A DNA stretch of 64,000 nucleotides from Armatimonadota bacterium. GTDB lineage: Bacteria > Vulcanimicrobiota > JACPDS01 > JBDRKI01. Below are positions 18,217 through 28,700 of the stretch, piece by piece. Position 1 is the stretch's first letter, and each line of letters starts with the position of its first letter. A program made the translations under genes and the position numbers. The stretch covers positions 1-64,000 of the forward strand of contig JBDRKI010000055.1 of NCBI GenBank assembly GCA_043814095.1, written 5' to 3'. Below the pieces are notes generated by a model, which saw only the letters and a program-made list of their open reading frames with translations, had not been told where the DNA came from and ran no database searches.

Positions 18217-19125
18217 TTATGCCTTCCTGGTAATTTTTACAGAAACAATAGTGCCGGCCAGATTTATAACGGGGACTTTTTCAAGCATCCTGCTTACTTT
18301 AACGGGAAACTCCCAGCTGTCCATAATTTTAACCGGCGGCATCCTTAAAGGAAGAATTCTCCATATTGAAGCATCGTATTCTTTTTTGGGGAAAACTTCC
18401 AAGATCTGTTTCAAATCAACGAATGATTCATCCGGGGTTCCGCACCCTATAAGTTTCTTTAAAAACTTCTCACCGAAAACAAGAAGCATGGCTCTTCTTA
18501 TAAGATAGTATATTAGGTTCATGCTCCATTTCGCAGGCTCGTTTATAAATATAACCCCGCTGTCTTTAACAACTCTTTTTACTTCCTCCAGGGACATCTC
18601 CGGGTTGGGCAGGTGGTGGAGAACCCCTATTATATACACAAGGTCAAATGTGCCGGACTTAAAGGGAAGCTTCTCCGCGTCCATAGCCATGTAATTTACG
18701 TCTTCTCTCTCATTCTGCTTTAATAGCTCCTTATTTATGTCGCTCGCGACTATGAAATTGTCCTCCGGAAACTCTTTTAAAAACAGGCTGTATCCCGAAC
18801 CGAGTTCAAGAATGTTTTTTCCTTTATATTCAGGAGGGTTCATCTTCTTTAAAATATCTTCTTTTAAAGCCCTGAGATAAGGCCGGCTCATAAGTTCATT
18901 ATATGCTTCAACATCCTCAAAAACTTCTATTTCCTTTAATTTTTGGGATACTTCTTTGTTCTGAGAACTGCCCATGCCGGCGCTTAACTCTTTATGAAGA
19001 AAATCCCATACTTTATCTTCTTTGGTGAAATTCTCACCGCATGTTGAACAGTTAAATTTATTTTCTTTTCTGACAAGCTCCCCGCCGCAGTAAAGGCAGG
19101 TTATTACACTCTGCAACTTATCCAT
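18217..19125 (-). CDS. Class I SAM-dependent methyltransferase with N-terminal Trm112-like zinc knuckle
   Basis: CLYC...CSTC, ILELGSG, DAEKLPF...FDLV, LHH. Confidence 0.85.
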   Translation of the reverse strand: MDKLQSVITCLYCGGELVRKENKFNCSTCGENFTKEDKVWDFLHKELSAGMGSSQNKEVSQKLKEIEVFEDVEAYNELMSRPYLRALKEDILKKMNPPEYKGKNILELGSGYSLFLKEFPEDNFIVASDINKELLKQNEREDVNYMAMDAEKLPFKSGTFDLVYIIGVLHHLPNPEMSLEEVKRVVKDSGVIFINEPAKWSMNLIYYLIRRAMLLVFGEKFLKKLIGCGTPDESFVDLKQILEVFPKKEYDASIWRILPLRMPPVKIMDSWEFPVKVSRMLEKVPVINLAGTIVSVKITRKA

Positions 19126-19134
19126 AAAGCCCCT

Positions 19135-20235
19135 TTATCTTTTAAATATCTCTTTTAATTTAAAACCGGCGTATGTAAAAAACACTCCGGCAAGCATTGA
19201 ATAATCACATAAAATATTTGTATAGCTTACATTCGCAAGAGGACACCAGCACTCTTTATTTTTTATGCTCTTTCTTTGAATTTCAGCTTCGGTACTATTC
19301 CATATCTTTTTAAAATTATAATTTTCTTTTCTTAGATTTCCTATGTTCTCTCCTCTTATACAGCAGAACCAGACTTCCCCGTCAGGAACAATGTGCGCTG
19401 ACGCCCAGCCGGCCATGCACGGCAGGACCTGTCTTTTTTGCCTCATAATATGCTTTGTAAGCTCGTAATAAACCAGCCTGAAGCTCTGGATAACGGATGA
19501 GAACTTCCTGAACCGGTGTCTGTGCAGGTTTTCATTTAAACACTCAACCGCTTTTACGTAATCTTCATAAGCAGGGGTTATGCCCTGTTCTTTGTTTAAA
19601 AGCTCTTCTCTTTCTTCGGCAATTTCCGCCACATAGGAATCAGGATCAAGCTTTTTTACTTCTTCCAGAATCTGCGGTATATCCTTAACATTATAACTGG
19701 ATATTACCGTCATAATGCCTATTGTAAGGTTCGGAAGATTTAACTCCCTTAAAGCTTTATATGTCTTTATCCATTTCTCGTAATTGCCTGGCACGCCTCT
19801 TATCTGGTCATGCTTTTCCCCCACCCCGTCCAGTGAAAGATTTATAACCACGCCGGTGCCGGGTAAGGCCTCGCAGATCTGTTTTACTTTTTCAGGTATT
19901 ACATCATATAATATTCCGTTTGTGGGGATATTTATAACTTTGGGAGCGCACCGTTTGTAAAGAGATTTGCAGATATCCAGTATGTCTTTTCTTAAAAACG
20001 GCTCCCCGCCGCTTAAGGTAAACCAGTAAGGAGTTTTGCCCATGCTTTTAAATGTTTTGTCAAACTCTTCAAGAGTGAATTCATCAACATTCCTTGTCCA
20101 TACATTGCAGGTCCTGCATCTTGAATTGCAGTGAAAAGTTAAACTAACGGTAATATTAAGAGGCATAAGCTTTGGCGAAAAACCAAACCATTTGGAGAGA
20201 TTATAATAAAAACTTTTTAAAAGAAGGCCTAGCAT
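19135..20235 (-). CDS. Radical SAM/SPASM-type protein
   Basis: CNSRCRTC, SGGEPFLR, C-terminal CMAG...CC...CWC. Confidence 0.85.
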   Translation of the reverse strand: MLGLLLKSFYYNLSKWFGFSPKLMPLNITVSLTFHCNSRCRTCNVWTRNVDEFTLEEFDKTFKSMGKTPYWFTLSGGEPFLRKDILDICKSLYKRCAPKVINIPTNGILYDVIPEKVKQICEALPGTGVVINLSLDGVGEKHDQIRGVPGNYEKWIKTYKALRELNLPNLTIGIMTVISSYNVKDIPQILEEVKKLDPDSYVAEIAEEREELLNKEQGITPAYEDYVKAVECLNENLHRHRFRKFSSVIQSFRLVYYELTKHIMRQKRQVLPCMAGWASAHIVPDGEVWFCCIRGENIGNLRKENYNFKKIWNSTEAEIQRKSIKNKECWCPLANVSYTNILCDYSMLAGVFFTYAGFKLKEIFKR

Positions 20236-21125
20236 TTCTTTAAATCCTTTGTACTCTCTGATATATCCCACACGGCATGGTCTTTCTTTTTGGAGAAAGA
20301 ATCCAGTTTTCCTAAAATACGGCAGTACCCTTCAAGAAGAACCGCGCCTATTGTCCAGAACACGTATTTGGGCCTCCTGTCCATAATCTTCGCAAGCTTG
20401 CCGAGCACAAAAAACGGGTTCATTGTGGAAGTGGAATATCCCTGGTATTTGCGGACCTGGACATGCCCCGAATAAATTCTTCTTCTCTGTTTAATGTAAT
20501 CTTTTACCGTTGTCGGACCTTTATTTTTAAGAACGGCTTCCGGAATATATTTTAAAATATAGCCCTGGCCAAGAATAAGCGGCTCTATATTCGCTTCATC
20601 CACCGCAGAATCAAACGGAATCCTATAAAACACGTTCCTGAACGCTATAACCTCGCCCATCTTCGGTTTAACCAGCGCTATCTGATGGTGCAGTTTCCAT
20701 ACAAGCTGTACCGTATAACCTATAAAGGTATTAAGATCATTGATGGGAACGGGATGACCTGAAGTCATACCTATATTCCCGTCCCTAAATGGCGTAATTA
20801 AATTATCTATGAGGTCCATATCGGGCAGGGTATCGGCGCTTATTAAGACAATAATATCATCAAAATTAGCTTTTATCTCATGAAGGAAAAAATTAATGGC
20901 TGATGCCTTGCCTTCCCTTTTTTCCTGGACCACAACGTTTACAAGCGGGCTTTTTTTCATATATTCGGCCGTAATTTCAACGGTTCTGTCCGTGCACCCG
21001 CTGGCTATAACATAAATCTCCCTTATCTTAACATTTCTTGATTTCTGCGCCAGGAGTCTTTCTAAAAGCTCTCCTACATTCGCTTCTTCATTGTAAGCCA
21101 TAATGCCTATAACACAACTGAGCAT
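20229..21125 (-). CDS. GT2 family glycosyltransferase
   Basis: IMAYNEE, GKASA, QRRRI motifs. Confidence 0.85.
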   Translation of the reverse strand: MLSCVIGIMAYNEEANVGELLERLLAQKSRNVKIREIYVIASGCTDRTVEITAEYMKKSPLVNVVVQEKREGKASAINFFLHEIKANFDDIIVLISADTLPDMDLIDNLITPFRDGNIGMTSGHPVPINDLNTFIGYTVQLVWKLHHQIALVKPKMGEVIAFRNVFYRIPFDSAVDEANIEPLILGQGYILKYIPEAVLKNKGPTTVKDYIKQRRRIYSGHVQVRKYQGYSTSTMNPFFVLGKLAKIMDRRPKYVFWTIGAVLLEGYCRILGKLDSFSKKKDHAVWDISESTKDLKKC

Positions 21126-21297
21126 ATTTTCTCCTGCGTGTATTTTTTTATTTTATTCTTTATTATTTATATTTTACCTTTTTATATTTTATACTTCAGC
21201 TCTAATTTTACCTTTAAAAAGCAGGATTATTCCAAATATTTACTTAATTTAATAGTAACAGCATATCAAGATATTACAATATAATCTTCAGGAACAG

Positions 21298-22563
21298 ATG
21301 AAAAACAGGGCTTTAAAAATATATAAAACAATTATAATTATACTCGCGGCATTCTGGATGCTGTTTTTATGTGTTGATATGTTGCTTTTAAATCCTTCCC
21401 CTGCTCAATACACGTTAAAATTCTGGACAACATTTTTAATTTTTACCGCCCTTATAATCCCGGCGGGGAAACTGGCCCTTAAAATGCCCGGCATAGGGGA
21501 GATCCGCTTCTCTGATATTTTATATTATTCATGTTTTATGCTTTTCAGCCCTGCTGTATTGGGCCTGCTTATATGCGTAAGCATCCTACAGAATTTTTTC
21601 CACAAAATCAAAAAAACCTCAAAGAAAAATCTTTTATTTATAACGGCGAACACCTTGCTTATTTACACGGCGGGGAGCTTTGTTTATTCTATGTTCAGCA
21701 CGCCTTTTGCAAACAATTATGCCTTTATAAAGAATAATCTTCCCGTGTTTTTCCTTGCTTCCGCCGTATGCTACATTCTAAAAAACGCTCTTGATAATAC
21801 CCATAAGGTACTTTTAAAAAAAATTCCGGCGTATTACTTTTTCAACTTCCACGGCAATAAAACACTGGTGTACTTATTTATAATTTCGCCTCTCGGCTTT
21901 TTCACGGGAGCTATTGCCGCTCTGAACTTATCCGTATTCCTGCTCTTTACAATCCCTATGGCTTTAATTTTCAGAAGCCTGCAGGGCTATACGCGTCTTT
22001 TATGGGAGATACGGGAAGTTTTGAAAAAACTTGCTTTATTAACGGACAAAAAAGAGAATGAAGCCGTTTTCCATTCTCATTCAGTAGCCGGACTGGGAAG
22101 GAAAATAGCCCTTAATTTAAGGTTGAACGAAGAAACGGTTGAAAAAATATACACCGCTGGGCTTCTGCACGACCTGGGAAAAGTCGGTGTTTCCGACAGG
22201 CTTTTAAATAAAGAAACTTTCCTAACTTATAAAGAATTTGATAAAATTAAAAATCACCCCTCAATAGGGTCGGAACTTATAAAAAATTTAAGCGGGCTGG
22301 CCGAAGAAGCTTCTATTATAAGACACCACCACGAAAATTATAACGGTGAAGGTTATCCCGACGGCCTTTACGCGGATAAAATACCGCTCGGGGCAAGAAT
22401 CCTCGCAGTATGCGAAACTTATGATTCCCTGACTTCAAAACGATCATATAAAGACAAATTATCCGGAAAAGAAGCCCTTGAAGAAATTAGAATGCTTAAG
22501 GGCTTCCAGTTTGATCCTGAAGTTGTTGAAGCTTTAATGCGGGTTATGAAAAATGAAAACTAA
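21298..22563 (+). CDS. Membrane HD-GYP phosphodiesterase
   Basis: Multiple TM helices, LHDLGK, HHE..NGEGYP. Confidence 0.85.
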   Translation: MKNRALKIYKTIIIILAAFWMLFLCVDMLLLNPSPAQYTLKFWTTFLIFTALIIPAGKLALKMPGIGEIRFSDILYYSCFMLFSPAVLGLLICVSILQNFFHKIKKTSKKNLLFITANTLLIYTAGSFVYSMFSTPFANNYAFIKNNLPVFFLASAVCYILKNALDNTHKVLLKKIPAYYFFNFHGNKTLVYLFIISPLGFFTGAIAALNLSVFLLFTIPMALIFRSLQGYTRLLWEIREVLKKLALLTDKKENEAVFHSHSVAGLGRKIALNLRLNEETVEKIYTAGLLHDLGKVGVSDRLLNKETFLTYKEFDKIKNHPSIGSELIKNLSGLAEEASIIRHHHENYNGEGYPDGLYADKIPLGARILAVCETYDSLTSKRSYKDKLSGKEALEEIRMLKGFQFDPEVVEALMRVMKNEN

Positions 22564-23956
22564 AAAAATACATATACCTTACGAAATAAAACTGTATTCG
22601 CACCTTACGGTTATAGCGGGAGTATTGTTTCTTGCGGGTATTTTTTTTACACCGAGCTTAAATCCGCTTCAGTGGAATTCCATAGTTCTTTTAAGTATCT
22701 TAACTTTTATTTTTCTGCTGCGCCCTTTTATAATCTTATCAAACGAAATCGCTTACTACCTTGACGATATCCCGATTTATGCCGCAATTTTTCTTTTAGG
22801 CACAAAAAGTACTTTACTTGTAATACTCCTGGGGTTTACGTTTTTTGAAATTTACAAAATAGCATTAAATTACTTTAAGAAAAAGCCGGCAAGCTTAAAA
22901 CTTCTTTATTTGAGTTATAGCAATACTGGCCAGATACTTATATCATGCGGGATTGCCTCCATGGTTTTTACATTTATTAATAAAGGGCACCCTGTTGACG
23001 CGTCATTTATAACGGTTTCTGCGGCCGCGGCCTGCGCCCTTGTTAAATTTATCCTGAATGCCGCGGGATCCACTTTCAGCGCGTACTTATCAAACCGGAC
23101 ACAGACCCTCGGCCAGATATGGAAGAAAAATTTTGACGGCATATGGGTGCATATACTCATGCTCGCGCCGTTGGGATTAATATTCTCCTACTTTATATCC
23201 GTTAAATCCTACCTTGCCATCTTCCTTATAATCCCGGTTGCCATACTTTACTATGCCTGCGCCTCCTTTAAAAAGACATTAACGCATATAAACAAGGTAT
23301 TCCAGACACTGGTAAGGTCAATTGATAAAAGAGATCATTACACATTCGGCCATTCCCGGAGAGTCGCGGCGTATTCAAAAGCTCTTGCACAAGAGCTGGG
23401 CCTTTCTCATGACGACATAATTATGTCCGAAAGGGCCGGGCATATCCATGATCTCGGAAAAATAGGCATATCGGACGAGATACTCCAGAAAAGCGCGAGG
23501 CTTAATGATTACGAATCGGCAATAATGCAGACTCATCCTTCAATAGCGCTCTCTATTTTCAGGAACCTGCATACATTAAAAAAATACATGCCGGCCGAAA
23601 TATCGGCAATGCACCATGAAAGATATGACGGGAAGGGCTATGTGCTGGGACTAAAAGATCACGAAATACCCGTTATAGCCAGAATACTTGCCGTGGCCGA
23701 CACATTTGACGCCATGACATCGGAAAGAATATACCGCAGAAAAATACCCGCCGCAGATGCGGTAAAGCGCCTTAAAGAACTTAAAGGAACACAGCTTGAT
23801 CCGGAGATGGTAGACTCTTTCACAAGGCTATACGCAAAAGGCGTAATTGACGAGATAAAAACAAGATGGGCTTTCAGTGAAAGCCTGTATGAAAAAATAC
23901 TGTTCTCCGAAGAACTGGAAAAAAGATATCTAAAGTTAAAACAGATATTTAATTAA
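22553..23956 (+). CDS. Membrane HD-GYP-family phosphohydrolase
   Basis: TM helices, YTFGHSRRV, HDLGK, HHERYDGKGYV. Confidence 0.85.
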   Translation: MKTKKIHIPYEIKLYSHLTVIAGVLFLAGIFFTPSLNPLQWNSIVLLSILTFIFLLRPFIILSNEIAYYLDDIPIYAAIFLLGTKSTLLVILLGFTFFEIYKIALNYFKKKPASLKLLYLSYSNTGQILISCGIASMVFTFINKGHPVDASFITVSAAAACALVKFILNAAGSTFSAYLSNRTQTLGQIWKKNFDGIWVHILMLAPLGLIFSYFISVKSYLAIFLIIPVAILYYACASFKKTLTHINKVFQTLVRSIDKRDHYTFGHSRRVAAYSKALAQELGLSHDDIIMSERAGHIHDLGKIGISDEILQKSARLNDYESAIMQTHPSIALSIFRNLHTLKKYMPAEISAMHHERYDGKGYVLGLKDHEIPVIARILAVADTFDAMTSERIYRRKIPAADAVKRLKELKGTQLDPEMVDSFTRLYAKGVIDEIKTRWAFSESLYEKILFSEELEKRYLKLKQIFN

Positions 23957-23988
23957 TCTAAATCAATAAAATAATGTGATAAAATAAT

Positions 23989-24660
23989 ATGAATATGAAA
24001 AAAAAATTACTTCTGATATCTTTTATAATCCTCATTATGCTCCTGTTTTATTTTTTTTACATATTCAATAAAGAATATTTAATTTCTTCATATTCAACTT
24101 CCCTTAAGGAAAGAGACCCATCCCAGCTTAATAACATAATTTATGCCGCGTCAATGATAAATAACATAAAAATAAAGCCGGGGAAAGTTTTCTCGTTTAA
24201 CAGCACGGTCGGCGAAAGAACCGATCCTTATTTCAGAAAAGCAAAGGCCGTTGTAGGCAATAAAATTGAAGATGCCTCCGGAGGAGGGATCTGCCAGCTT
24301 TCTTCAACCTTATATAACGCGGCGCTTCTGGCAAATTTAAAAATAACGGAGCGCCATCCCCATAATATAGCTGTAAGTTCAGTACCTCCCGGGCTTGATG
24401 CCACGGTATCATACGGATTTTATGATCTTAAATTTAAAAACCCCTACCCTTTCCCCTTAAAGGTCACCGCCAAAGCAAAAGGAGAAAGGTTAATTATAAG
24501 TATTTACGGCAAAAAAATAAAAGATAAAACGCGTATAATAACTGAGGAGGTTCCCGATTATAATCCGGGGATAAAGCATGTAAAAGTATGGCGTGAGATA
24601 ACAGATAAAAGCGGCAAAATAACTAAAGAATTCATAAGTGATGATATATACAGTAAGTAG
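23989..24660 (+). CDS. VanW family protein
   Basis: FSFN, GGGICQLSSTLYNA, ERHPH, GLDATV motifs. Confidence 0.85.
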   Translation: MNMKKKLLLISFIILIMLLFYFFYIFNKEYLISSYSTSLKERDPSQLNNIIYAASMINNIKIKPGKVFSFNSTVGERTDPYFRKAKAVVGNKIEDASGGGICQLSSTLYNAALLANLKITERHPHNIAVSSVPPGLDATVSYGFYDLKFKNPYPFPLKVTAKAKGERLIISIYGKKIKDKTRIITEEVPDYNPGIKHVKVWREITDKSGKITKEFISDDIYSK

Positions 24661-24666
24661 AATTAT

Positions 24667-25665
24667 TTAACTCATTCCGTCTAATAAATTTTTTATTTCT
24701 TTAACGGTGAGTCTTTTTGTCTTCTGCAGCTGCCTTATTTTCTTTACTGTTTTTACTGTTTCAGGAGAGTATAATTGATACCCCCCTTCTGTTATTTCAT
24801 CTACTTTAAGCAGTCCTTCTTTTGTCCAGTAGCGAATAGTAGGCACGCTTTCATCCGCAAGATTTGCAAGCTCGCTTATTTTAAGAAGCTTATACCTTTT
24901 CCCCTTACCCGCATCAACATCTTCTTTTTGCAAAAGAGCTTTCAGGTATATATCCAGTGAATAATTTACGGTTTTATAAATAACCTTATAATAATCACCC
25001 GGATCATCCCCAAGCTGAGCTTTTTCAATGCTGTTTATATACTCAAGCCTGTCTTCTTTTTTAATTATCGCCGGGGGGTAACCGTTCTGCATAAGAATAA
25101 GGTTCATAAGAAGCCTTGCCGTTCTCCCGTTGCCGTCGGTAAAAGGATGGATGCTTACTAATTTTAAATGCGCATCCGCAGCTATTTTTACAGGATGTTC
25201 TTTGGTATTATGAAGCCATATAATAAATTCATCCATTAACTGCGAAATTTTTAAAGGGTTAGGCATAATGACTCTTGAACCGGCTATGCGTACCGCTATA
25301 TTTCTGTAAGTGCCGGCATTCCTGTCATCTATTCCCCGAAGTATAAGATGGTGTATCTGTTTTATTTCATCTTGTCCTATACTTGACTGTTTTTTGCCAA
25401 TTAGGGTCTTAATATAATTAAGCGCGCGAACATGACTGACCGCTTCCAAATGCTCTTTTAAGGTTTTACCTTTTACCGTAAGCCCTTTTTCAATAACAAG
25501 AGCGGTTTCCTGGCGTGTCAGGGTATTTCCTTCTATGGCATTTGAAGTATAAGTAAGTTCAATATTAAACCATTCATCCAGATTCTTCAGTAAATCAGGA
25601 GAAAACGGCTTAAAATCATCGATTTTTTGTTTTTTCGCTTCGAGTGATTTTAGCTTGTCTTCCAT
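24667..25665 (-). CDS. Fic-domain protein with C-terminal MerR-type HTH
   Basis: SNAIEGN inhibitory motif, HPFTDGNGRTAR catalytic motif, ISELA...TIRYW...GLL HTH. Confidence 0.9.
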   Translation of the reverse strand: MEDKLKSLEAKKQKIDDFKPFSPDLLKNLDEWFNIELTYTSNAIEGNTLTRQETALVIEKGLTVKGKTLKEHLEAVSHVRALNYIKTLIGKKQSSIGQDEIKQIHHLILRGIDDRNAGTYRNIAVRIAGSRVIMPNPLKISQLMDEFIIWLHNTKEHPVKIAADAHLKLVSIHPFTDGNGRTARLLMNLILMQNGYPPAIIKKEDRLEYINSIEKAQLGDDPGDYYKVIYKTVNYSLDIYLKALLQKEDVDAGKGKRYKLLKISELANLADESVPTIRYWTKEGLLKVDEITEGGYQLYSPETVKTVKKIRQLQKTKRLTVKEIKNLLDGMS

Positions 25666-25701
25666 ACTATAAAGTATAACGTAATACTTTATAGTTGTCA
25701 A
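25666..25701 (-). promoter_or_regulatory. Leaderless sigma70 promoter with overlapping palindromic operator
   Basis: TTGACA-17-TATACT-7 nt-ATG; 12-bp inverted repeat at 25666-25677 / 25684-25695. Confidence 0.8.
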
Positions 25702-25791
25702 TATGTGCTATAAGTATTGCACTATAAGTACAAAAACAATAACAACCCTAAAAAAACAGGGCTGTTATTGTTTTTACCAATTATTGTATTA

Positions 25792-28700
25792 CTATTTTAT
25801 CTCCAGCTTATCTTCTGCGCTGTTCCCGCATACCTGGGGCGCGTACATAAGGTAAGCCTGGGTCGGGAGTATATTATACCTGCCCGGCACTTCACCCCTT
25901 ATATTATATATTATCTCGTGCCTGCCTTTAGCAAAGTATGAGATAAAGAATACTGCTTTTTCATCCCGCACTATACGCTTCTGGTACCAGGTTGAACCTA
26001 CATTCTTTTCCGCTTCAGCTATATCAACTTCGCACCCGGCCGGGAACATGTCTTCTATAATCATATAGGTATAATCATTTGGACAGTTTAAGGTAAGCTT
26101 AACCTGGAGCTTCTCACCTGTTTTTATCGCACCGTCAAACCTTACGGGTTTTTCTATATAATCGCCCTTTATGGTTTTAACCCTCTTAAGCTTGTAATAA
26201 TCTCTCTGCACGGTAATACCCTTGCTTTCAGCTTTAATATCATTACCCTGTACAAAGTACTGCAGTTTATAGGATGAATAAAGAGTGCCTTGACCCTGTT
26301 TTTGAATATCAACTGAATTATTTTGTTTTATTTTACTGTTTGACACATTAAAGCTTACAGGCGGATTCATTATATTGTTAAAACTCATCTCTTTAAGAAG
26401 TTCTTTATTGAAATTAAACTTAGCGGTAAAGTTAGGGCTGGCGTCGCCTTTGGCAATCATATAATCACATAGCGCGCTTAATGCAATAGCGGTATCTTTG
26501 GTGGATATCCATACCGCGCCCTGCCTTTGAGTAATAAGCCACTGGAAAGCTTTTGTAATGTTCGGATTATCCGGCTGGATCCTGACTAATGCTTTAATAG
26601 TATATGCGGTTGTTTCCACATCAGACTCCGGCCACGAGTATGAAGGCCCCTCACCCTGCCAGTAAGTAAATCCGGAATAATCCCGGGCATTATCATTTAT
26701 AATCTCTGCCATTTGCAGTGCTTCTTCTGTTAAGCCTGTATTATAAAGAGTTGCCGCAAAAAGCGCTTTTGAGTAATTATTAAGCTGTTCTTTTTTATTG
26801 AATAAATCAATAACATCTTCTCTTTTTGCCTGACCGCATTCTGAGAGGGCGTAAATAAGGTAGGCGCGGGCATTAATATAGGCGCCCTGAGCGTAAAGAT
26901 AGTTGGCTCTTACAAAATCTTCTTCTTTCTGCTTTAAGAAATTCTTAACTGCCGCTACTCCCCTGTCAAAAGAATATTTGTCTATGTTAATGCCGGATTT
27001 TTTGGCTTCGTTTAAACCTATAACCACAAAAGCGGTAAGATAAGCGTTTGACCTGTCATATTCCCACCATCCCCAGCCGCCGTCAGACTGCTGGTATGAG
27101 TATATGGTCTTAAGTCCCTTGTTTATCATAGTGGGGAGTTTATCTTCCAGGGTATTGTCCTGTATATTTAACTTTTTAAGAGTCTGCTCAACTATAACAT
27201 TGGGCAGGAATGAATTCATTGTCTGTTCTGTGCATCCGTAGGGATAGCTTGTTAAATAATCAAGCCCCGCAAGTATTGCTGAACCGACAGAGGGAGCAAA
27301 AACCATATTAAGTTTTGTGGCTTCTTTAATTATATTGGGTGGAATTACAAGTTCAAAAGCAAGATTTTCTTTTACTATATCCGAACCTGCTTTATACTGC
27401 AGTATCCCGTGAGGGATAACCGGTACCTTAAGCTCCATACCGTCACTGTCAGTTGCAGATATCGCTTTAACGGTAAATACGGCCTCTCCCGGAGTATTGG
27501 CTTTTACATTAAACGGTACTCTTTCAGCGCCGTTCTTGCCGACTGTTATTGATTTGTTCTGTTTGCCGGTAAGCTCACACCCGGATGCGTTAAATTCAAC
27601 ATCCACTTTCTGCGCGCTTTCCGTATAATTATGCACAACTGCCGCAATCTGGAGCTCATCATTCTGCGTTATAAATCTGGGGGGCTCAAGCCTTACAAGA
27701 AGGTCCTTGGTTACGATAACATTATCCTGTGCCTGGCCAAAAAGAGAATTCTTCGTGGCGGCTTTTACCGTAGCGCGCCATGATGTAAGGTTGTCGGGGA
27801 ACACAAAGCTTATTCTTGCCTTTCCTTCATTATCTGTTAATACATCAGGTATAAAATATGCTGTGTCTTTAAAGTTTTTCCTTATCTTTACCCCTTCTTT
27901 ATCCAGTCCCCCGCTGTAGTATCCTGAGAAAGAGTAATTTGTGTTTACAAGCCCGTACCTGTAGCCGTAAAAATACTTATTTATATTCCGGCATAGTTCT
28001 TCGCTTATGGCGTATATTGCCTCATCAACGACCCCGAATGAGAACTGGCTCTCAACCGGGACTCCGTCTTTATCTGTTACAGTTATATCATAAACCGCGG
28101 TCTGTCCGGGTTTGTATTTTTCTTTTCCGGGCTTTATTGATATATTAAGCTTCTTATCTGATACGTTTAGATAAAGAGGTACTGTATGGTATATAAGCTG
28201 GCCGTCTTTAACAAGAGAGATCTGTATATAGACATTGGGGAAATATTCTTCTTTTACCGGGAGCTCTATTGTTTTGGAGAAAGAATCAACCTTAAGGACA
28301 TTATAAAGGTAGATGTCTTTTCCCTCAACCGTAATAAGCGCTTTACAGTCCTTCTCGGGGAAGCTTATAAGCACTTTAGCCGTATCTCCGGGATTATAGA
28401 GCTTTTTGTCGGTAACGGCTTCTATATTTTTTGTAAACGGACTGGATGAATAACCGGATGAAACCCATATGTAAAGGCTTGCGGTTACCTTGTTTGAATC
28501 TTTGTCATAACTCTGCGACTCTATCTTATAATTTCCGCCTTTATCAAACTTATAACTTATATCCGCTATGCCTTCAGGATTTGTAAAACTTTCTAAAACC
28601 TTTAAAAGTTTCTTCTGCTCGGTTACGCGCCCGTCACCGTCTTCTTTATAGCTTATCCGGTAAACAGTTGATTTTATGCTCTGGCTTGCAACCGCTTTGC

